Part shown: positions 9,588 to 18,490 of the stretch, piece after piece
How positions within the stretch are numbered: position 1 is the stretch's first letter
How the letters are laid out: every line of letters starts with the position of its first letter
Source of the DNA: Candidatus Bathyarchaeota archaeon
GTDB taxonomy: Archaea; Thermoproteota; Bathyarchaeia; Bathyarchaeales; Bathycorpusculaceae
NCBI GenBank assembly: GCA_963715865.1
Contig: OY970280.1
Location: forward strand, 1,248,001 to 1,312,000
Direction of reading: 5' to 3'
DNA: 64,000 bases
Notes under the pieces: model-generated
Databases searched by the model: none
What the model was told of the DNA's origin: nothing
The model's input: the letters and a program-made list of their open reading frames with translations, nothing else
Translations under genes and position numbers: made by a program

Positions 9588-10451
9588 TTAGGTGAATTCT
9601 TTTCTTTCGAAGAGTATTAGCCCTGCGATTGCGGTTATGATGAAGTATATTCCTATGATTGCAAGTCCTTCCGGGACCGCCACGTTGTACGTGGTAAAAA
9701 CAGGTCCACTGCCACTTGGATCAATGTGGCCCACAGAAGTGGGCGGCGGATATGGTACTCTCAATACGTTTCCTATTATTTGCCCTCCGTAAGTTAGGAT
9801 AAACCAAGGCTCAATCTGGGCAAAGTTGGCAACGAAAAGCTGAATTATGTTGAACGCAAAGAGGAATAGGATGGCAGTTACGAGAATGGACATGGAACTG
9901 CTTTTGAACAGCGAACTGAAGAAGAACGTGAAGCCTAGAACTGCCATGAGATAGAACCATGCGAAAAGCAAAGACAGCCCGAATTCAGAGGGCACGCTTG
10001 GGAAGTAGTATAATCCGTTGCCGACCGTGATCGCCGCGAATACGCCTAGTATGATTGTAGATGCGATGAGAGCTGACAACCACTTCCCTATGTATATAGA
10101 CGACCTTCGGATAGGGTTAGGAATTCCGAAGTAACCTGTCTTGTTCTGAAATTCCCCAGAAATGGCATCGCCGCCAAAGAAAATTCCGGAAAGCACGATC
10201 ACGTAAGTCGCTATGTTTCCCCACCAACCCGAATAAAACGACAAATCAGTTGCAAGAAAACTTGCTGGGCGATAGTACCCAACCACGAAAGTGAGGATGG
10301 CACTGATTACGATTGCTATAGTTAGCATTATGTAGAATCTGCGTGATCTTATATAATCAAGAAGAGTGTATTTCATAGTAATGCCGACTTGCACCATGCT
10401 GCCTGGCACATTGTTTCCATATGCAATTTTTGTTTCGTTCATGTTTATCAA
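9588..10451 (-). CDS. ABC-2 type permease
   Basis: GDAISGEFQNKT...PIRRSSIYIGKW; multiple TMs. Confidence 0.85.
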   Translation of the reverse strand: MINMNETKIAYGNNVPGSMVQVGITMKYTLLDYIRSRRFYIMLTIAIVISAILTFVVGYYRPASFLATDLSFYSGWWGNIATYVIVLSGIFFGGDAISGEFQNKTGYFGIPNPIRRSSIYIGKWLSALIASTIILGVFAAITVGNGLYYFPSVPSEFGLSLLFAWFYLMAVLGFTFFFSSLFKSSSMSILVTAILFLFAFNIIQLFVANFAQIEPWFILTYGGQIIGNVLRVPYPPPTSVGHIDPSGSGPVFTTYNVAVPEGLAIIGIYFIITAIAGLILFERKEFT

Positions 10452-11389
10452 ATCGTACTTTTTACAAGACTCAAATACGCCTCTTCGAGGGCCGATGAGG
10501 CTGGTCTGTAGCTGACTATTCCGATTTTCATTTTCACCAAATCACCGAGAATTCTTTCTTGAGCATCTAAGCCTCCAGTGAAGTTAATCCTGAAGGTCGC
10601 ACCGTCACTTTTTTCAGCCTTGTCGATGCCGGGGATATTCGTGACTATCTTTTCTATCAACTCTGCATCAACGGCGTTTCGCAGTTCAACCTCAACCACG
10701 TTTTCTCCGCCCGAAACCTTCGCAGTCACATTGGAAAGCGTGTCGTAAATGATTAGTTTACCATGGTCTATAATGGCAACCTCGTCGCAGACATCCGAAA
10801 CCTCGCTAAGCAAGTGGCTACTCATGAAAATCAGCCTCTTTTTGTTCTTCAGGGATTTTATAATGTCTCTGACTTCGCTCATTCCGCGAGGGTCAAGCCC
10901 TGTGGAAGGCTCATCCAAGAGAACAACAGAAGGGTCACTGAGCAAGACAGAGGCGACACAGATTCTCTGTTTCATTCCCTTGGAGAACTTGCCTACGCGC
11001 TTATCGATCCATTCATCCATTCGGACCTCAGAGACAGCCTCTTCTATTCGCTTGTTCCGCTCATCCTTAGGCACTCCTCGAATCTCAGCAATCATCATCA
11101 GTGCTTCTCGGGGCGTTAGCGCAGGATAAATCTCAGGCATTTCAATAAGCGCGCCCACAGAATCGAGCGCCTTTTTCTTATTCGTGTGTACGTTTACACC
11201 ATTTATCAGAGCCTCTCCTGAGAAAGGCCTAATCAGGTCTGTAAACAACTTGAGCGTAGTTGTCTTTCCCGCGCCGTTTGGACCTAAGAAACCGACGCAT
11301 TTTGCGCCCTCTATCTTGAGATTCAAATTAGAGAGAGCTGCAAAAGATCCGTATTGTTTCGAGAGGTTGACTGCTTCAATCGATGGCAT
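10448..11389 (-). CDS. ABC transporter ATP-binding protein
   Basis: GPNGAGKTT, FSKGMKQR, LDEPS, SSH. Confidence 0.93.
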   Translation of the reverse strand: MPSIEAVNLSKQYGSFAALSNLNLKIEGAKCVGFLGPNGAGKTTTLKLFTDLIRPFSGEALINGVNVHTNKKKALDSVGALIEMPEIYPALTPREALMMIAEIRGVPKDERNKRIEEAVSEVRMDEWIDKRVGKFSKGMKQRICVASVLLSDPSVVLLDEPSTGLDPRGMSEVRDIIKSLKNKKRLIFMSSHLLSEVSDVCDEVAIIDHGKLIIYDTLSNVTAKVSGGENVVEVELRNAVDAELIEKIVTNIPGIDKAEKSDGATFRINFTGGLDAQERILGDLVKMKIGIVSYRPASSALEEAYLSLVKSTI

Positions 11390-11435
11390 CCTAATCGCTT
11401 CTGCCTATAGCGCGAATGCGTAACTTAAAAGGCGA

Positions 11436-11453
11436 ACTCATTCGGAGGGAGTT
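11436..11453. repeat. Left copy of perfect 18-bp inverted repeat
   Basis: ACTCATTCGGAGGGAGTT, reverse complement of 12513-12530. Confidence 0.95.
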
Positions 11454-11480
11454 AAACCCACAATGAGAAACACAACAGAT

Positions 11481-11777
11481 TCAGGTCCTCAGGCGTAATC
11501 TTGGAAACTTGAGCTGCCCAACGTACTTCATAATCCAACTTACCAATTCGTCATAGGCTTCGGCACCTGCTTTCGTCAAAATAACTAAGCCGTTCTCGTC
11601 CACAACAACAAAGCCCTTCTCTGACATCCAAGCCAAATACTTAACCAGTTTATCATAAGCCAAGCCAGTAGAAGTTGCAAGCGCGGTTTTGTTCATCCTG
11701 CTTTTTTCCTTGAGCGCCTTGATGATTCGGGCGATGACGTAGAGGTCAGGTTTGGAACTCTGCTTTCCTAAGTTCAA
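11481..11777 (-). CDS. Winged helix-turn-helix regulator
   Basis: NKTALATSTGLAYDKLVKYLAWMSEKGFV..LTKAG. Confidence 0.85.
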   Translation of the reverse strand: MNLGKQSSKPDLYVIARIIKALKEKSRMNKTALATSTGLAYDKLVKYLAWMSEKGFVVVDENGLVILTKAGAEAYDELVSWIMKYVGQLKFPRLRLRT

Positions 11778-12474
11778 GGCTAAACCACCGCAGCTCCCAA
11801 AGGAGTTTATCTAATGCTCGAATTTCGTTATAACGTCTCGAAAGATCATTCCTTAAGATCAGGTAAACTATCAAAAGCGAAAGCAGACCCCAAATTAAGC
11901 CACCAAATAAGCCAGCTTGGTGCAGAATGATAAAAGTGATAAGATTACCGAGAAGCCCTACTGCAAAGACCGCTATGATCCAGTAAGCAGCTGTTTTTAA
12001 CAGTCCATACAAGGCATAGCCGACTCTTCCTGCTGAAATTTCATCAAACGTCTTATCCCAATCCATTTCCAACAACATTTTTAATGCGGACGGAAATCCA
12101 AGCGAAAGTTCGTCTTTCCACTCTCCTGTCTTGATTGAGTTTACTCTTCTTCTAATGAAGAGGACACCTGCTGTGATTCCAGTAATTGGAACAAGCAGAA
12201 GAAGAACTGCCGCTAGAAAAATTTGAGGCTTATCAAGTGTTACCACCTGATTTAAGAAACCCAATGATGCGCCAAGTGCAAGGAAAACTGCAATGGAGCC
12301 AACAACGATGAAGGCAAATCTCTTAAAAGACCTAGCTAGAGCGTTATATTTCTTGACGTGATCAAGAGTCTCCATTAGCTCTGCGACTTTTGCGACTACG
12401 TTTTCCTCGGTCATCACTGCATCTTTTATGTCGTCCTTAACTTTAGGTTGAGTCATTGAGATCTTTGTGTCCAC
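11746..12474 (-). CDS. Hypothetical four-TM membrane protein
   Basis: 242-aa ORF, GTG start, two pairs of hydrophobic helices; overlaps the wHTH gene. Confidence 0.75.
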   Translation of the reverse strand: MDTKISMTQPKVKDDIKDAVMTEENVVAKVAELMETLDHVKKYNALARSFKRFAFIVVGSIAVFLALGASLGFLNQVVTLDKPQIFLAAVLLLLVPITGITAGVLFIRRRVNSIKTGEWKDELSLGFPSALKMLLEMDWDKTFDEISAGRVGYALYGLLKTAAYWIIAVFAVGLLGNLITFIILHQAGLFGGLIWGLLSLLIVYLILRNDLSRRYNEIRALDKLLWELRWFSLELRKAEFQT

Positions 12475-12512
12475 TTGACTGAAGTGGCATATTTAAGGCT
12501 AGATATAAAGTG

Positions 12513-12530
12513 AACTCCCTCCGAATGAGT
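12513..12530. repeat. Right copy of perfect 18-bp inverted repeat
   Basis: AACTCCCTCCGAATGAGT. Confidence 0.95.
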
Positions 12531-12585
12531 AAAAAATACTTATAGGTTCCCTGCTAAATAAATTGAAATAATAGGAGAGATAGTT

Positions 12586-12918
12586 TTGGAATCAGGTTAC
12601 ATGAAGATTGCTGAGAAATCAGAGATCCCAATTGGAAAAATGAAAAAAGTAGTATCTCAAGGCAAAGAAATTTTGATAGCAAACGTAAACGGAAGCTTCT
12701 ATGCAATAGGCAATATATGCACTCATTCAGGCGGAGACCTTTCAAAAGGCACATTGGAAGGCAACATTGTCACTTGTCCAAAGCACAAATCAAAATTCGA
12801 TGTCACAACAGGCAAAGTCGTTTCCCCTCCGAAAATGGGGCTATTCCATCCTAAGATACAAGACGAACAATCTTACATCGTGAAAATCGAAAACGATGAC
12901 ATATTAATCAAAATATAG
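12586..12918 (+). CDS. Rieske [2Fe-2S] ferredoxin
   Basis: CTH...CPKH motifs. Confidence 0.9.
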   Translation: MESGYMKIAEKSEIPIGKMKKVVSQGKEILIANVNGSFYAIGNICTHSGGDLSKGTLEGNIVTCPKHKSKFDVTTGKVVSPPKMGLFHPKIQDEQSYIVKIENDDILIKI

Positions 12919-12954
12919 TAAGATTTTCAGAATCTCATTTTTTAAAAAAAGTTG

Positions 12955-13129
12955 TGGTGGGGCCGGCCGGATTTGAACCGACGACCTCTACCCAGAAACA
13001 GCGCAAAGCCGTTCCTTACGGGTTTCTCTAGACCGCTCCAGAAATTCGTCATTCCCCGAGCGGGGTCAGCAAACCCGTTTGTGTTTGCTTTCTGGAGCCC
13101 GTCGTCATACCTGCCTAGACTACGACCCC
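12955..13129 (-). tRNA. tRNA-Trp(CCA) with two introns (37/38: 13091-13024, 68 nt; 43/44: 13017-12988, 30 nt)
   Basis: Removing both introns gives a 77-nt cloverleaf: acceptor GGGGUCG/CGGCCCC, anticodon arm ACGGG-CUCCAGA-CCCGU, variable AGGUC, T-loop UUCAAAU, encoded CCA. Confidence 0.88.
13024..13091 (-). ncRNA. Box C/D guide RNA inside tRNA-Trp intron 1
   Basis: Guide ACGGGUUU + CUGA (13069-13066); stem CCCCG/CGGGG; AUGACGA (13052-13046); second guide UUUCUGGAGC complementary to the anticodon loop region. Confidence 0.7.
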
Positions 13130-13296
13130 ACCTCTAGGCACGAGGCAATTAAGTGAACCTGCATCAATAAAAATTTATTCGTTGCTTGAGGAACACTTGC
13201 TTCGAAGAGATTTCCATTTCTAAGATTCTCGGTTCGTTCGATAATCCTAAGTGTAAAAAGCGAAAGGTTAATGAAGGAAAGTTAACGTGTATTGAT

Positions 13297-13420
13297 GGGT
13301 TTGCCGGTCAAAGGGCACGGGTTCCACCTGATCCCATACCGAACTCAGAAGTTAAACCGTGTTCCGTTTCCAGCTGTAGTGTGGTCTTAGGCCACGTGAA
13401 CCTGGGAAAGCTGGTAGCCC
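13297..13420 (+). rRNA. 5S rRNA (stand-alone)
   Basis: CCTGATCCCATACCGAACTCAGAAGTTAAACC core; paired ends GGGTTTGCCGG/CTGGTAGCCC; about 124 nt. Confidence 0.93.
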
Positions 13421-13499
13421 ACTTAAAAAATAAAAATGCAGGTAGATTTGGCATAGCTTTATAACTGACTGTTAATAGTTTTTTGGGAGTGGTGGAAAA

Positions 13500-14603
13500 T
13501 TGAGTCTTATTACAGGGAGCGATGCGATTACACAGGTATTGAGTCTGCTTACATACGTATTCTTCATAGTTTTAATTTTCTACGGTCAAAGAATCCAAAT
13601 GTACGTTATGATACGGGAAGTAGAGAACTCCCTTCGTAAATTAAAGTACATAAAAGAGGAAGGGCGAAAAAACGCCATAGACGCCATAAAAGAAATTGGC
13701 AAACCAACAACTGACCCTTCAGCTCGTGTTGACCGCTATTTAGAATATTTCACGATCAGTCCACAAAGCATGGATCCAGCAGGCATCGTTTACAAGCTTG
13801 ATCATATACTTGATGTGAGAGATACACGGTTGAAAGATGAAGTTAAACTGATGGCGCCAGCAAGCGATGAAGTCCAAGTGAACAATTTAGAAAACACTTT
13901 GGAAGCTGCCATGGCGTTAAACTTCATCTACAAAGTGGTAAGGCACTTTTACATTCAAGGCAAAAAAACCCTAAGCCTATACGTCATAATGCAGATACAA
14001 ATGATCTTGCCCATGGTTATGAAAGAAGCCGAAGCATATGCCAGCGCACTAAAAGCATTCGCGTATGGGCAACCAATCGGTGATGGCGCAGGAGCATTAG
14101 TAGCTGCAAAACTAATGCACGGCTACGAACTCCGCAAACTGCCAAAAGACTGCGTCATGGCTACGGTCCAGATTGAAGGACGCACTGCCTTAATCATAAA
14201 GGCTGAGGGTCCAGGCGGCAATGTTGGCAAACCAGGCGACGCTGTTGAAGCTGTCATCGAGGAAAATGAGGGTAAAATTGCTAACGTTATAATGATTGAT
14301 GCTGGCTTGAAGCTTGAAGGCGAGCTAGTCGGCGAAGTTGCAGAAGGCATCGGTGCAGCAATCGGTGGACCAGGTGTGGACCAGTACAAGATTGAAGAGA
14401 AACTAACAAAATATCATATTCCAATAAACGCTGTCATAGTCAAAGAAGACATCGGGGACGCTGTTTCACCCATGCGCAAAGAAATCAACGATTCAGTCGA
14501 CAAAGTCATTGAACGCGTCAAAGCGGTCATCTTAGAGCGAACCAAAGAAGGCGACAAAATCATAATCGTCGGCGTCGGCAACTCCATCGGAGTCGGACAA
14601 TAG
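13500..14603 (+). CDS. DUF1512-family protein
   Basis: N-terminal TM; PIGDGAG, KAEGPG, MIDAGLKLEGE, GVGNSIGVGQ. Confidence 0.8.
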   Translation: MSLITGSDAITQVLSLLTYVFFIVLIFYGQRIQMYVMIREVENSLRKLKYIKEEGRKNAIDAIKEIGKPTTDPSARVDRYLEYFTISPQSMDPAGIVYKLDHILDVRDTRLKDEVKLMAPASDEVQVNNLENTLEAAMALNFIYKVVRHFYIQGKKTLSLYVIMQIQMILPMVMKEAEAYASALKAFAYGQPIGDGAGALVAAKLMHGYELRKLPKDCVMATVQIEGRTALIIKAEGPGGNVGKPGDAVEAVIEENEGKIANVIMIDAGLKLEGELVGEVAEGIGAAIGGPGVDQYKIEEKLTKYHIPINAVIVKEDIGDAVSPMRKEINDSVDKVIERVKAVILERTKEGDKIIIVGVGNSIGVGQ

Positions 14604-14607
14604 GAGG

Positions 14608-15033
14608 ATGAAAAAAATGGCGCAAAATCAAACATCACCCGCAACCAAAAGAATCTCAACCTACCTCATGATGATAGTTTTAATTGTCCTAGCGCTTTCC
14701 ATAGCGGCTCTAATATTAGCGGTTAACACCTACTTAATAGGAGACGACTTAACCGCTGGATTCCTAGCAATCATTGGTTTAATCGCTATGACCATGTCAA
14801 TATTCACGCTCTACCAATCACGAAGGCAAGCAACAGAAATGAAAATTGAAATACCCAAAGTAATGACCACTATCGAGTGCAAGAAGTGCGGTACCAAAAC
14901 CGTGCGAGAATACCAACGGGGCGACTACGTCTATAAAGAGCTTGATGCATGCCCAAAATGCCCCGACACAAAACAGATAATCACTGCAATATACAAGGAA
15001 GTTAAAGAGAAAGAAAAAACATACAATGTCTAA
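14608..15033 (+). CDS. Two-TM protein with C-terminal zinc ribbon
   Basis: Two hydrophobic helices; CKKC...CPKC; 4 nt after DUF1512. Confidence 0.75.
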   Translation: MKKMAQNQTSPATKRISTYLMMIVLIVLALSIAALILAVNTYLIGDDLTAGFLAIIGLIAMTMSIFTLYQSRRQATEMKIEIPKVMTTIECKKCGTKTVREYQRGDYVYKELDACPKCPDTKQIITAIYKEVKEKEKTYNV

Positions 15034-15932
15034 GTTAAAACTTCACAGCCATCATCTTTTATCAGCACCGTGTGCTCAGCCTGGGCAACGGGTTTTTTGC
15101 TTACTTCAACGAATACTGGATAACCCATGATCGCTTTTGACACAAGTAATTCCTTGAACGCGGAAGGATACTGCTCTTTGGGAACCACTCCGTTTAGCCA
15201 TCGTTCAGCAAAAGGCAACGTTCTAAAATTAGCCTCAATGTACTTGAGTAACCTTTTAGCGTATTCATTTTTTACAGATTTTGCTTTGAGTAAGCGGTAA
15301 ATGGTTGTTTGCGGGCTATCATCGACGCGGCCAACTGCATCAGGCAATGTAACGAATGGTTCTATGGCGTAGACTTCGCCGGTTTTTACTTTAGTAAGAG
15401 ATACTTGAGCCACGTTAGGGATAGATGTTCCCGCATGAATCAGGTACCTTCCAACCGAGTGCCCAGTCAGGTTTGAGATGGGTTTGAAGCCCCGGTTTTT
15501 TATGGTAGTCTCTATTAAGCCGCCGATTTTGCCCAGCGCCATGTCGCCATGTATGTTTTCTATTGCTGTTTTCAAAGCTTGTTCAGCAGTGTTTGCCATG
15601 CTTCTGCCTTCCGGATTAAAAGAAGCCGTGAATGCGGTGTCGGTTACATAGCCATCCACTTGGACGCCTAGGTCCACTTTGACCGTGGAGCCTTCCGGTA
15701 TCGTTAGCGTATCGTTGGGTGGTGAAGTATAGTGCGCGGCTACCTCGTTGATGCTGACGTTGCAGGGGAAGGCTGGTTTGCCTCCTTTAGCTCGGATTAA
15801 TCCTTCAACTTTCTCGCAGACATCGATGATTAGCATGTTTTCACGTACATGCGTTTTCATTTCTTCTCTTGTTTCACGAAGTATTCGTCCTGATAAACGG
15901 AATTTTTCAAGTTCTTCTTTGTCGTATGGCAT
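15030..15932 (-). CDS. map: Methionine aminopeptidase type II
   Basis: AFPCNVSINEVAAHY, KVDLGVQVDGYVTDTA, LTGH, AIEPF, AQAEHT. Confidence 0.95.
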   Translation of the reverse strand: MPYDKEELEKFRLSGRILRETREEMKTHVRENMLIIDVCEKVEGLIRAKGGKPAFPCNVSINEVAAHYTSPPNDTLTIPEGSTVKVDLGVQVDGYVTDTAFTASFNPEGRSMANTAEQALKTAIENIHGDMALGKIGGLIETTIKNRGFKPISNLTGHSVGRYLIHAGTSIPNVAQVSLTKVKTGEVYAIEPFVTLPDAVGRVDDSPQTTIYRLLKAKSVKNEYAKRLLKYIEANFRTLPFAERWLNGVVPKEQYPSAFKELLVSKAIMGYPVFVEVSKKPVAQAEHTVLIKDDGCEVLT

Positions 15933-16041
15933 TGCGTTTCACTTTGCTGTTAAGTTGGATTATTGTGTTGGATGCTTAAATGCGTAACCTACGCTACGTA
16001 GTAGCATATCAAAAAATAGACCTCTACCGCTCTATGTCTCT

Positions 16042-16602
16042 TTAGGGTTTGTAGATTTTTGGGTCAAGCAATGCAAAGTTGTTGCCGCCCGCATGGTAGA
16101 GCATCCGCGCCTTTTTCAGGTCGTAGCTTTCGGTGAAGACGCCTTGGTCTGCGTAAGCTTCAAGTATTTTGCCCACGAAAACCGTGTGGTCGCCTGTTGT
16201 AAATTTGCTGTCTACTTTGCATTCTAAATGGGCTATGCATTCGCGTATTGCTGGCGCCTTGACTTTTTTGGCTGGCATGGGTGTTAGGTTTGCTTTTTTG
16301 AATTTGTCAAAGCTTCTGCCCGTAAATGAACCGCAGGCGTAGACGGATTGCAGTAACTCCAGTGTTGGAATGTTCACTATGAACTCTCCTGACTCCTCAA
16401 TTAGCGTGTGTGAGTGGCATTTTGGTGAGAGGCTGATGGCTAACAGTGGCGGGTCAATGGATGTTGGCATTGCCCATGCGAGGGTTGTGATGTTTGGTTT
16501 GGCCGCTTTTCCAATGCATGAGACGAGGACTGTGTGCATTGGGTGCAGTAGCCTATAGGCTGAGGTAATGTTTACTTGGATTTTTGCGGACACATAAATC
16601 AC
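16042..16602 (-). CDS. Flavin reductase-like protein
   Basis: NITTLAW, EFIVNIP, AHLEC, GDHTVFVG. Confidence 0.88.
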   Translation of the reverse strand: MIYVSAKIQVNITSAYRLLHPMHTVLVSCIGKAAKPNITTLAWAMPTSIDPPLLAISLSPKCHSHTLIEESGEFIVNIPTLELLQSVYACGSFTGRSFDKFKKANLTPMPAKKVKAPAIRECIAHLECKVDSKFTTGDHTVFVGKILEAYADQGVFTESYDLKKARMLYHAGGNNFALLDPKIYKP

Positions 16603-16639
16603 CTACGTAATAACGCCGATAACAACCACACGAACCATT

Positions 16640-16942
16640 CTACGCGCCTTTTTTGGCTTGCTTCTCACGTCTGTAAGCTTGAATCTCTTCTAAAACCTCT
16701 TCTTCAGTTAGCTTCTTCTTGCCCTTGTTCTGTTCGTCGATTTCCCTGAAAAGGTCTTTTAACTCCTCTCCCAAAGGCGGAACCTTGAGTTTCACCACCA
16801 CAAGCTTATCGTCCTTTCGGTAAACAACAAGCTTCGTGTTTGGAGTTATCATTAACTCTTTTCTAAGTCGCTGCGGAATAACTATCTGACCCTTAGTTCC
16901 CACCACAGCAATCTCAGGTTCTTCTTGCACTATTTTCCCCAT
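16640..16942 (-). CDS. AbrB/MazE/SpoVT DNA-binding protein
   Basis: VGTKGQIVIPQRLRKEL; likely start ATG 16942. Confidence 0.82.
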   Translation of the reverse strand: MGKIVQEEPEIAVVGTKGQIVIPQRLRKELMITPNTKLVVYRKDDKLVVVKLKVPPLGEELKDLFREIDEQNKGKKKLTEEEVLEEIQAYRREKQAKKGA

Positions 16943-17145
16943 AGTATAACTTTCATACCGACCGCACAAATAAAGTTTGCTCTCTCACATCCACAATTTG
17001 GTTACCTTAAAAGCCTTTTTCAATCATTTTTCTAAAAATTAACACTTTTCGAAAAAAAAATCTGTGTGTTTAACAGGTCTCGAGTTGTACTTAACTTTCT
17101 CTGATCTAAGAATAAATATTTAGTATTTGGCAGCTTATTGAAGTT

Positions 17146-18297
17146 TTACCGTTTTATGTGGTATTGTTCGATTACGTCTTTGGCTTTTTCTCTGCGTTCC
17201 CTGTGCTGCTCTAGGAACTTGTTGAGTTTGCCTACGAGGTCGGTTTTGCATTCGCCGCATAGCATTTCGCCTGATCGGCATTTGCGTTCGCGCTCAGCGA
17301 GTTTTGAATCATCTTCTTCAAACAGGTAGAAGTAGTATTGGAAGATGCTGCAGACTGCTGGGTCGGCGCCTGTTTTCCGCTGTTCCGCTGCCGTGCCTTT
17401 GCCGCCTGTGAAAGCGTTCCAAATCTTCTTTTTCACCACGTCCGGTGGGTCCATGGTGAATATGCTGGTTTCTGGCATGCTGGCGCTCATTTTTCCGCCT
17501 GCACCTAAACCGGGTAAGAAGCGGCAGTGGATTTGAGCTGGCTTGTAGTAACCGAGTTTTTGGGCTATGTCGCGAGTTACTCGCCAGTATGGGTCTTGGT
17601 CGATGGCGGCGGGGATAAGCGCTGGGACGTTTTCGCCTGTGAGTTTTTTATGGATGAAACATGGTGCGGCTTGGATGGCTGGCCAGAAGACCCAGCCGAT
17701 GTTGGTGCTGTCTTGGAAGCCAAAGCTGCTGCGTGCGGTGGAGTATGTGATGCGTTTGGCGACTTCTAATGTAATGTCGTAGAGAAGGTCTATGTCTTGG
17801 GTGTCGTAGATGATGAAGGTGTTTTCAGGTTTGAATCCCAAAGCTATGAGGTCTAGGGCGTTTTCGTACGCGTATTTGCTTGTTTCTTTAAGGTTGGCGT
17901 CGTCGTCTATGAGGAATTTTTCGTCGTCGGTTAGTTGGAAGTATAGTCGCGTATTGAATTTTTGTTGAATGTGAAGCGTAAAAATCCAAGGCACAAGATG
18001 CCCAATGTGGACTGGCCCAGATGGTCCTCTGCCAGTGTACAGGACGAATTTTATGCCTTTATCGTAGAGGTCAAGGACGGTGTCTAGGTCTCGGTGGCTG
18101 AAGAATATTTTTCTTTCAAGTTGAAGGTGTAGTTTTCCTGTGTGTTTTTCCACTTTCTCAATTAGTTGGGTGGTTAATGGTTGGGTTCCGAATTCGCGTA
18201 TTAAGCGCTCGTAGTCCACTTTGCCTTTTACTTCCCAGGGTGTGACTACCATTTCGTTGTTGTTTTCTTCAGCGTTTGATGAAGCCGTCTGTATCAC
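17146..18297 (-). CDS. trpS: Tryptophanyl-tRNA synthetase (archaeal/eukaryal type)
   Basis: LYTGRGPSGPVHIGH, AIDQDPYWR, KMSAS. Confidence 0.96.
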   Translation of the reverse strand: MIQTASSNAEENNNEMVVTPWEVKGKVDYERLIREFGTQPLTTQLIEKVEKHTGKLHLQLERKIFFSHRDLDTVLDLYDKGIKFVLYTGRGPSGPVHIGHLVPWIFTLHIQQKFNTRLYFQLTDDEKFLIDDDANLKETSKYAYENALDLIALGFKPENTFIIYDTQDIDLLYDITLEVAKRITYSTARSSFGFQDSTNIGWVFWPAIQAAPCFIHKKLTGENVPALIPAAIDQDPYWRVTRDIAQKLGYYKPAQIHCRFLPGLGAGGKMSASMPETSIFTMDPPDVVKKKIWNAFTGGKGTAAEQRKTGADPAVCSIFQYYFYLFEEDDSKLAERERKCRSGEMLCGECKTDLVGKLNKFLEQHRERREKAKDVIEQYHIKR

Positions 18298-18490
18298 CAG
18301 TGCCTTTACAAGAGATGCTATGACTTGTCATATATCTTTTTTCGCAAAAACTAACTATTCTGCTTTTGGTAACCTTTGTCTCCCAATCCTTTAGTTCATG
18401 AGAACTACACCACAGGTTCAGATAACCAAGCCACATAGCAATGCAATAGCTTTTTTAATGTTCATTTTTAATCTTATCCGCGGTGCGCGC

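Noticed and set aside
12952-13464. ORFs 12952..13137 and 13186..13464
   Set aside because: They overlap tRNA-Trp and 5S rRNA; spurious.
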